Below are positions 8,537-15,946 of a stretch of 64,000 nucleotides of DNA, piece after piece; positions within the stretch are counted from its first letter, which is position 1; each line of letters starts with the position of its first letter. The notes beneath the pieces are model-generated. The model worked only from the letters and a program-made list of their open reading frames with translations, did no database searches and was not told the origin of the DNA. Source of the stretch: an uncultured Gammaproteobacteria bacterium (lineage in GTDB: Bacteria > Patescibacteriota > Patescibacteriia > Magasanikbacterales > UBA922); NCBI GenBank assembly GCA_964435035.1, contig CAYSXR010000006.1, positions 420 through 64,419 on the forward strand. Reading direction: 5' to 3'. The translations under genes were made by a program, and so were the position numbers.

Positions 8537-9004
8537 ATGCTTACGATCGTTCTATCGCTCTTTCTCCTCGTCACTCTCGTGACGGTTATCTTCCTGGCGA
8601 AGGAGCTTGTGAAAAAGTTCAGGTTCCTTAAGGGGTACACCGACAACAACAAAAACTGTCTTCGTTGGCACTATCGAGGGAGTGTTGCTGAGGGGTACAA
8701 GCCTGGCATGCACACGATCGTGCTCTATAACACCAGTGGTCTTGAATTCACGGCCGTGGCCGCGTTCGAACTTCTGCTCCCATTCGGTATCAAGGGGGTG
8801 GATAAGTTCGGACTCATCAAGAGTAGGGGTGCTGGAGTGGCCGCATTCTCGACTTATCTGGGCAAGGGGGAGTGTGATTTCATCTTCCTCATCAACGGAG
8901 CAAAGCCCGAACAGATCGAGCGCTCGATCGACATGACCGGCGAGATCGTTCCGACCCAGACGTACCCACCGCACTGGTGGCAACGGCTCGGCTTCTGGGG
9001 CTGA
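8537..9004 (+). CDS. GC-rich orphan, N-terminally anchored membrane protein (cassette 4)
   Basis: GGAGG SD before ATG 8537, N-terminal TM helix, multi-hairpin 3' UTR at 9010-9130. Confidence 0.75.
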   Translation: MLTIVLSLFLLVTLVTVIFLAKELVKKFRFLKGYTDNNKNCLRWHYRGSVAEGYKPGMHTIVLYNTSGLEFTAVAAFELLLPFGIKGVDKFGLIKSRGAGVAAFSTYLGKGECDFIFLINGAKPEQIERSIDMTGEIVPTQTYPPHWWQRLGFWG

Positions 9005-9136
9005 ACATCTGAGCGCATCTCGCGCTCCTTCCAAAGGTATGGAAGTAAAGCCAGTACAAACTGCGGAGTTCTGCCAAAGAGCTCCGCCCAAACCAAAAGT
9101 ACATCACATCAGTGGTGTCTTTTTGTTTTTGATATG

Positions 9137-9175
9137 AACCCCACCCTGCCCCTCCCCTTGTGAAGGGGAGGGAAC
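9137..9175. repeat. CCCCACCC...CCCTCCCC-GGGGAGGG palindromic element
   Basis: Near-identical copy at 63422-63459 and inverted copy at 63323-63363. Confidence 0.8.
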
Positions 9176-9216
9176 TTGTTTATGCAGGAATGACAGAGAG
9201 AAATGTTTGTGTTATT

Positions 9217-9321
9217 ATGGATAATACTATGGATGGACTGTTATCAATCCTAATACTGATCTTTGGTGCTGCTGCGGCAGGATTGATTTGGTTTTTCTTT
9301 GGTAAAATTGGGAAGAAATAA
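9217..9321 (+). CDS. Small single-TM protein (34 aa), not in the ORF track
   Basis: MDNTMDGLLSILILIFGAAAAGLIWFFFGKIGKK: hydrophobic helix plus basic tail. Confidence 0.6.
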   Translation: MDNTMDGLLSILILIFGAAAAGLIWFFFGKIGKK

Positions 9322-9324
9322 ATA

Positions 9325-9360
9325 CTAGTTTTCTGGTTTACTGGTTATCTAGTTGTTTGG
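9325..9360. repeat. CTRGTTNN octamer tandem repeat
   Basis: 24 bp (9333-9356) is identical to the reverse complement of 46342-46365; the family also occurs at 21249, 37108-37222 and 56790-56830. Confidence 0.8.
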
Positions 9361-9386
9361 TAAGAGAATAAAATTATTACTATATT

Positions 9387-10484
9387 ATGCAAACTGGATT
9401 ATTGATTGTATTCGCGGTACTATTGCTCGCCATGCTCGGAGTAATACTTATGATGTATAAAAAGTTAACTGGTGCAGGAAAAAATAAAGAAAATCCTGAG
9501 GAACAAAAAGCAATATTTCTCATGTTCCAACAGCAATTGCAGGACATGCAAAAAACCATGGACACAAAAATTTCTGAAACGCATAAAATTGTAGGAGACG
9601 GTCAGCAAAACCTTCATCACACACTCCAAACACAGTTTGCACAAAGTTCAAAAATCATTACAGACATTACTGAAAAATTAACGACGCTTGATAAAACCAA
9701 TCAACAAGTAATTGGTTTTTCTGCGCAATTGAGTGATCTTGAAAAAGTGTTGAAACACCAGAAACAACGGGGAAATTTGGGTGAAGTAGGACTTAATCTG
9801 CTTCTTGAAAATATTTTGTCACCCAATGATTTCAAAACACAACATCATTTCAATAATGGAGATATTGTGGACGTTGCAATATTTACCAAAGAGGGAATTA
9901 TTCCGGTGGACGCCAAGTTTTCACTCGACAATTATGAACGGTTGATTCATGAACCAGAGGGTGTGAATCGCGACAACCTAGAAAAAGATTTCAAAAATGA
10001 TTTGAAGAAACGAATTGATGAAACAGCAAAATATATTAAGCCAGATGAAGGAACTCTTGAGTTTGCATTCATGTATATTCCGTCTGAAGCAATCTATTAC
10101 GATCTTCTGGTGAATGAGGTCGGGGCAGTAAAAGTAAATACGAGAAATTTGATTGATTATGCCTTTAATGAAAAGAAAGTGGTAATTGTTTCACCCACTA
10201 CCTTCTCGGCATATCTCCAGACGGTACTCTTTGGTCTTCGAGCTTTGAAGATTGAAGAAGGAGCAAAGATGATTCGAAAGAATGTGGAGATGCTCGGGAA
10301 ACATATCAATGCGTATGACGAGTATATGAAGAAGTTGGGATTGAGTATGTCTACGACCGTAAACCACTTCAATACCGCTTATAAGGAGCTTGGTAAAATT
10401 GATAAGGATGTAGTGCGGATCACGGGGGCGAGCGAGAAGGTAATTGTGCCTGATCTCCTTGATAAACCTCAGCTTGACAGTTAG
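9387..10484 (+). CDS. rmuC: DNA recombination protein RmuC
   Basis: N-terminal TM, coiled coil, RGNLGE, IPVDAKF, FAFMYIPSEAIY, VSPTT. Confidence 0.93.
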   Translation: MQTGLLIVFAVLLLAMLGVILMMYKKLTGAGKNKENPEEQKAIFLMFQQQLQDMQKTMDTKISETHKIVGDGQQNLHHTLQTQFAQSSKIITDITEKLTTLDKTNQQVIGFSAQLSDLEKVLKHQKQRGNLGEVGLNLLLENILSPNDFKTQHHFNNGDIVDVAIFTKEGIIPVDAKFSLDNYERLIHEPEGVNRDNLEKDFKNDLKKRIDETAKYIKPDEGTLEFAFMYIPSEAIYYDLLVNEVGAVKVNTRNLIDYAFNEKKVVIVSPTTFSAYLQTVLFGLRALKIEEGAKMIRKNVEMLGKHINAYDEYMKKLGLSMSTTVNHFNTAYKELGKIDKDVVRITGASEKVIVPDLLDKPQLDS

Positions 10485-10553
10485 TCATTATTTAGCTATA
10501 CTGCGGCTTACTCTCACATATTTATTATAAATCCGAAGAATTAGATATTTATT

Positions 10554-10823
10554 ATGCCAATTTTAAGAAATGCCAAGAAAGCTCTGCGCCAATCAAAGAA
10601 GCGTGAAGCTGAAAACCTCGTTTTCAAACGCGCGTACAAAGAAGCTTTGAAAAAAGCTCGAGCCGCAGTTGAAAAAGGTGAAAAAGACATGGGAGACAAA
10701 ATCAAGCTTGCTCAAAAGAAACTTGATAAAGCAGTAAAGAAAGGTGTGCTGAAGCAAGGTGCTGCATCACGATACCTCTCACGAATGACTTCAAAAGCTG
10801 CAAAACTTGTAAAGAAAGCGTAA
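10554..10823 (+). CDS. rpsT: 30S ribosomal protein S20
   Basis: MPILRNAKKALRQS...LDKAVKKGVLKQGAASRYLSR. Confidence 0.96.
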   Translation: MPILRNAKKALRQSKKREAENLVFKRAYKEALKKARAAVEKGEKDMGDKIKLAQKKLDKAVKKGVLKQGAASRYLSRMTSKAAKLVKKA

Positions 10824-10884
10824 AAATCTTATACTATCCTACACCAAAATAGTGTAGGATTTTTATTTTTTGTATATCTGGCAT

Positions 10885-12063
10885 ATGTCAGGAAGAGACG
10901 GTAAATTTACACCAGCTTCAGAATCAATGGGGGGAGTAGAGGCTGAAAAGAGAAACCGAGGCATTGGAACAAGAAAATCCGGGGATACTCGAGTATTGGT
11001 CGGCGATGCAACAGAAGCAAACTCATTTGTTGAAACATCTGAAATGGATACAAAAGTCGATCAGGTCCTGAAACATGTAGAATTGGAGTTGGGTTTAGAG
11101 ACCGTGCGGATTCTCCGTGATCGGTATGAACGAGCAATATCGCGAGGAATGTTTGCCATTAGACATCGGGAAACGGCAGACCCTACCCACAGTCGACCCT
11201 CCTCTGAACGCTCATCTTTATATACCGAAGCTTTTGCTGCACTCAAATATGCAATTGCTGACGCGTTGGAAAAAATAAGAAGTACGAATCGAGAAGATCG
11301 ACTTATTCCTGAATTAAAGACTCGACAGCAAGCGACAGAACGGTTCAATGATCTGGTAGCTCAATTGAGAGAAAATGAACAATTGGTTTTTGTGTCAATG
11401 GATCTTGATGATTTTAAAAAAATAAATGATACACTCGGTCATGTAATGGGAGATCAAGTGTTGCGTTCGTTTGGTACTGCATTATATAGTGCAGTACGCC
11501 CAGATGATGTATCAGTCCATTTTAGTGGTGATGAATTTGGACTAATGCTTAAAACAGACATTAAAAAACAAGATGGACAAGAAGTGGATGTGTCTGAAGT
11601 TCTCGCCCGTATTGTAAAGTATTGTCAGGATACCACTGTCCGTCCGATAGTATCTAATGATGGGGTATCAGAAATACAAAAAATAAGTACAGGTTTTGTA
11701 AAAATACCATTTGAGAAAAAAGAAAAAAGTAATTTTGAAATGTCACGAGAAAAATCTGACAGAGCATCGGAATTTTCAAAATTATTGGATATTTTGTTGG
11801 AATTAAGGGGTGGTGGTGTAGTAGACTCAGATATACGAGTCGTGGATTATGCCGCAATGGATATGATTAGAAAACAATTTTCAGATCATGAAATTAATAT
11901 AGCTCGATATGTGCGGGGCATGAGACGTGAATTTGGTGAGTTCATGAGATCAGGAAATGCTGAATTTGAGTATTCAATAAGAGAAATGGCACAAATTGCA
12001 GAATTAATACTCACAGGGAAGATGAAAGAAATATTGAATCTCCAAGGAAAAAAAACGGAATAA
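10885..12063 (+). CDS. GGDEF-domain protein (SGDEF variant)
   Basis: MDLDDFKKINDTLGHVMGDQVL, RPDD I-site-like motif, HFSGDEF. Confidence 0.88.
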   Translation: MSGRDGKFTPASESMGGVEAEKRNRGIGTRKSGDTRVLVGDATEANSFVETSEMDTKVDQVLKHVELELGLETVRILRDRYERAISRGMFAIRHRETADPTHSRPSSERSSLYTEAFAALKYAIADALEKIRSTNREDRLIPELKTRQQATERFNDLVAQLRENEQLVFVSMDLDDFKKINDTLGHVMGDQVLRSFGTALYSAVRPDDVSVHFSGDEFGLMLKTDIKKQDGQEVDVSEVLARIVKYCQDTTVRPIVSNDGVSEIQKISTGFVKIPFEKKEKSNFEMSREKSDRASEFSKLLDILLELRGGGVVDSDIRVVDYAAMDMIRKQFSDHEINIARYVRGMRREFGEFMRSGNAEFEYSIREMAQIAELILTGKMKEILNLQGKKTE

Positions 12064-12064
12064 A

Positions 12065-13039
12065 TTATTGTATACCAATTTTTCCAACCAGCATATCAAT
12101 CATAATCGGCAAGTTACCCTTGCCGGTTTTTGTTTTGATATCTATGGAGAGTAATTCCGCATATATAGCTTTGAGTTCTGGAAGCGTGTAAGAACGAAGC
12201 AAAGGAATAGTTTTTTTAACGACAAATGGATGAAGTCCAATATTTTTTGCAAGTACATCAGGAGGAGTGGATGGAGCCAGATGTAATGCATCTTTCAACT
12301 CAAGCATTATTCGGAACTGTCTCACTATCATTGCAAAAATATAATGTGCATCTTGGCCTTGCTCGTATTGTTCACGAATCATCGCGTATACTTTCTCAGG
12401 TTTTTTGGCAACGATTGCGTCAATCAGATTGAAAATATTATCATCTGCTGTCTCATTGAGAAATAATCGAACAATATCAGCCGTACAAACTTTATCCTTG
12501 CAATATCCAGCCAATTGTTCGATGAGTGAGTGAATAAACCAGGTGTCACCTTTGGAGTGAAGTACAATAAATTCAAGTGCATTATTATCAACGGTGAGGT
12601 TTCTTTCTTTTGCATACTCACTAATCCATCTTCGTAAATCACCACCCTCAAGAATCTCGAAATGTTGCGCATATTTAGAGGCGGCAAGTTTTTTGAGCAA
12701 TTCTTTTTGTACTTTTGTCTTGTAACTATCGACTCGTTCGTATAACACACAGATGGTAGTTGCGGGAATTGCTGCATCATTATCAAGTAGTGTTGCTAAT
12801 TTTTCATGAAGTTCGGCGTGCTTTGATTCAAGAGCATATTCAATAATAACCATTCGTTTTTCAGCTAAAAAGGGCGAACCATGAAGCTCTGTTAGAATGG
12901 TTCCTGGTTTTTCAATAAGTGCGTCAAAACGAGCTATGTTGTAGCCCGAAGGATCGCGATCAGTCTTGAATTTCAGAATCATTTTTCGAAGTGATTCGCG
13001 ACTTCGAAATGTATCTTTGCCGTAGAGGAAGATGAGTAT
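12065..13039 (-). CDS. holA: DNA polymerase III delta subunit, apparent ATA start
   Basis: In-frame extension ILIFLYGKDTFRS upstream of the track ORF; SPFLAEKRMVII, NIFNLIDAI, GLHPFVVKK, DIKTKTG. Confidence 0.9.
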   Translation of the reverse strand: MLIFLYGKDTFRSRESLRKMILKFKTDRDPSGYNIARFDALIEKPGTILTELHGSPFLAEKRMVIIEYALESKHAELHEKLATLLDNDAAIPATTICVLYERVDSYKTKVQKELLKKLAASKYAQHFEILEGGDLRRWISEYAKERNLTVDNNALEFIVLHSKGDTWFIHSLIEQLAGYCKDKVCTADIVRLFLNETADDNIFNLIDAIVAKKPEKVYAMIREQYEQGQDAHYIFAMIVRQFRIMLELKDALHLAPSTPPDVLAKNIGLHPFVVKKTIPLLRSYTLPELKAIYAELLSIDIKTKTGKGNLPIMIDMLVGKIGIQ

Positions 13040-13064
13040 AGGTGGTGGGGTTAATTGAGGGATT

Positions 13065-13139
13065 ACATGCGAATTACGAATGGTACGAATATACGAATAA
13101 ATTCAATTAGTATATTCGTACCATTCGTAATTCGCATGT
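13065..13139. repeat. Palindromic element, ACATGCGAATTACGAAT family, copy 2
   Basis: Perfect 30-bp inverted repeat, 13065-13094 / 13110-13139. Confidence 0.9.
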
Positions 13140-13263
13140 CAATTGTACCTGGTTTTGTATCATTACTCAATCTCTTGAATTGGAGATCAAAGTAGTGTAC
13201 ACTAGTCTCGTGTTTATACTTACTTTTAATATATTGCGTATGTGTATGAAGGGTGAATCAAAA

Positions 13264-13746
13264 ATGAAACATTGGGGACTGGTGGCACTTCGTTTAGTAT
13301 TAGGTATTGTATTTATCTATCATGGTTGGATGAAAATTGGTGGAATCGATGGGGCTGCAGGAATGATGCAGGGAATTGGACTTCCAATGCCATTATTTTT
13401 TGCATGGCTTGTAGCATTAGTAGAATTTATCGGAGGTATAGCAATCATACTTGGGCTCTTTAATCGTATTGTTACGGCACTTCTAGCTGTTACTATGGTT
13501 GTAGCTTTGCTTACGGTGCACACCAAGATGCCATATGGAGGTGCAACTGAACTTCCAATCGTGCTTTTAGGGGCACTTATTGCCCTGCATACTATTGGAT
13601 CTGGCAAATTTGCACTTATGGGACGAAAGAATGAAGAATGTGGATGTGGTGTTGATGGAAAAGGCCATGGTGATGCAGATGATGACGGGTGTTGTGGTGG
13701 TGGTTGTGAATGTTCTGGTAAAGAAGACAAAAAAACCAAGGTTTAA
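13264..13746 (+). CDS. DoxX-family membrane protein with Cys-rich tail
   Basis: LRLVLGIVFIYHGWMKI, VEFIGGIAIILGL, GSGKFAL; tail ECGCG...GCCGGGCEC. Confidence 0.88.
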   Translation: MKHWGLVALRLVLGIVFIYHGWMKIGGIDGAAGMMQGIGLPMPLFFAWLVALVEFIGGIAIILGLFNRIVTALLAVTMVVALLTVHTKMPYGGATELPIVLLGALIALHTIGSGKFALMGRKNEECGCGVDGKGHGDADDDGCCGGGCECSGKEDKKTKV

Positions 13747-13870
13747 ATTTGATTAAGACAAACAAAATTCGCCTGCACTATGGGCGAATTTTGTTTTTGC
13801 ATGTTAGTAGACTAGGCAATCTATTGGGCGCCTTGCTATAATAAGGAAACGTTTAATGTAGTTATAGTCT

Positions 13871-15100
13871 ATGATGGAAAAAATAAAAACAGATGTGGTA
13901 ATTCTTGGGGCTGGAATTGGAGGGTATGAAGCTTTTCGTACGCTTAATCGAAATTTGAAACGAAAAGGACTAGGGAGCCATATTACGATAGTAGATGAAA
14001 ACAATTATTTTACTTTTATCCCTTTGTTACATGAGGTCTCTACGGGCTCTGTTGAGTCTACTCATGCATCAATACCATTGCGTGAATTAGTTCATAATAC
14101 TCCGCATGCCTATGTCAATGCCAGAGTAGAACATATTGAGTATGAAAAAAAAGAAGTCCATACTACAAGCGGTATCATTTCTTTCGATTATTGTGTTATT
14201 GCATTAGGAAGTACGGTGAATTTTTATGGTGTACCGGGTACCACTGAATTTACTCACCATGTGCGAAGTTTGAAAGATGCACTTGCACTTAAATATGCAT
14301 TGGTGGAGAATCTTGAGAATTGTAAAACTGATGAGTGTATGATCACTGTTGTCGGGGGAGGGTATGTGGGAGTGGAAATTGCAGGACAATATGGAACACT
14401 CAAAAATGGGGATTTAAAAAAATTATATCCGCACAAAAAAATTACTGTACGAATTATTGAACCAAATAATTCGGTTTTGTCTGCAATGAAACCGGGTATA
14501 CAAGCGCGTGTAACAAAACGTCTAGAAAAATTAGGGATAGAATTTGTATATAATAATTCAGTTGTTAAAGTTACTAAAAATTCAGTAATACTAAAAACTG
14601 GTGAAGAGATTGCGAGTGATATTACGGTGTGGGCAGCTGGATTTATGAATCTGGGCACACAGTTTGTGGAAGAAAGTAAATGTGAAAAAGGTAGAATTAA
14701 AGTGGATCAGTATTTACGAATGGAAGAGAATGAAGCTTGCTATGCAATTGGAGATATTGCCTACACACTTGATGGAGTTACAGGAAAATCTTGTCCTCAA
14801 CTTGCTGAGGTAGCTCATAAGGCAGGTAAGTTTGTAGGGGTGGATATTGCACGGAGAATTGCGGGAAAAGAAGTGAAACCATTTACATTCAAATCAAAAG
14901 GTCAACTCATGCCAGTCGGAGATTGGTATGGAATTGCAGTAATTGGGGGTAAAGTATTTTATGGTTGGTTTGCATGGTGGATACGCCGAACGGTGTATGT
15001 ACTTTATATGCCAGGAATCCTTCGAAAATTACGAATTGTGTTTGATTGGACAATTCACAGTCTTGGATTTGGACATTTTATACATATTGAAAAAAAATAG
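13871..15100 (+). CDS. ndh: Type II NADH dehydrogenase-like FAD oxidoreductase
   Basis: ILGAGIGG, FIPLLHEV, VVGGGYVGVE, VWAAG, YAIGD, PQLAEVA. Confidence 0.85.
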   Translation: MMEKIKTDVVILGAGIGGYEAFRTLNRNLKRKGLGSHITIVDENNYFTFIPLLHEVSTGSVESTHASIPLRELVHNTPHAYVNARVEHIEYEKKEVHTTSGIISFDYCVIALGSTVNFYGVPGTTEFTHHVRSLKDALALKYALVENLENCKTDECMITVVGGGYVGVEIAGQYGTLKNGDLKKLYPHKKITVRIIEPNNSVLSAMKPGIQARVTKRLEKLGIEFVYNNSVVKVTKNSVILKTGEEIASDITVWAAGFMNLGTQFVEESKCEKGRIKVDQYLRMEENEACYAIGDIAYTLDGVTGKSCPQLAEVAHKAGKFVGVDIARRIAGKEVKPFTFKSKGQLMPVGDWYGIAVIGGKVFYGWFAWWIRRTVYVLYMPGILRKLRIVFDWTIHSLGFGHFIHIEKK

Positions 15101-15246
15101 CATCGCAAAAATGAAATTATAATCCTATATTGTTTGTTCGATATAGGATTTTTTGTTATAGTCAAATTACAGTCCGCTAGCATAAGGAGGAGCGGGCATA
15201 GACTCGTGGCTGTCCCCAGGATAAGGGACAACAGTTCGGTGGACTA

Positions 15247-15783
15247 TTGTTCCAACGAGCATGTGCTTTTCTGGCGCATACGCGAGAAACGAGAGAAATA
15301 GTGTTCGAGATTATCGTTACATTCGGGACCGTGCCGGAGGTGCCGGCAGGTTATCGACACTACACACGTGACAACGATAAGCTTCTGGTGTGTTCGTACG
15401 AGAGGAAATTGGACGAATGGGATGAACCGTCGCTCATTCACCGTTACCTTAATCGTCACGAACTCGCTCGAGCTGATGCGGTGTACGTCTACGTCGGAGA
15501 CGTGGAGTCTACGTGCACACGAGAACAAGCATGGCTTCTGGTTCGCTGGATCCTCGGAGAGCTAAGCATCTTCAAGAGAGAGAAGAGACAGAAGAAGGAC
15601 GACAAGAAGGCGAAGGTGTCCGAGGTGAAGGTGGTCGTAAGCTTCGAAGGACTCGCCCCGGGGGTCCGGGAAAAGGAGGAGCGCGAGGCACAAGATCTGG
15701 GGGTCAAGGTGGTCGAACTGAAAGATATGTCGGCGGAGAAGTTCTTTGCTGGCATTTACGAGAAGTATCGACCGGCAGCCTGA
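15247..15783 (+). CDS. GC-rich orphan protein (cassette 5); start uncertain
   Basis: TTGTTC-17-TATAGT promoter at 15134-15162, structured leader, long 3' hairpin at about 15792-15837 followed by a T tract. Confidence 0.65.
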   Translation: MFQRACAFLAHTRETREIVFEIIVTFGTVPEVPAGYRHYTRDNDKLLVCSYERKLDEWDEPSLIHRYLNRHELARADAVYVYVGDVESTCTREQAWLLVRWILGELSIFKREKRQKKDDKKAKVSEVKVVVSFEGLAPGVREKEEREAQDLGVKVVELKDMSAEKFFAGIYEKYRPAA

Positions 15784-15848
15784 CCATTCATGCCAGGGAC
15801 AAAAGACAGCGCATCAGCGCTTTCCTTGTACCCTGGCCATTCTTTTTT

Positions 15849-15946
15849 AGTCGAAAGTCTCTACAGTTAAAAAGTCGAAAGAAAATACAATAACACAAGT
15901 TTTGAAATAAGACTTTCAAACTTTAAAGACTATATGACTTTCGACT
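15849..15946. repeat. AAAGTCG-type heptamer inverted element
   Basis: GTCGAAAGTC..AAAGTCGAAAG left arm and GACTTTCAAACTTT..GACTTTCGAC right arm. Confidence 0.65.
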
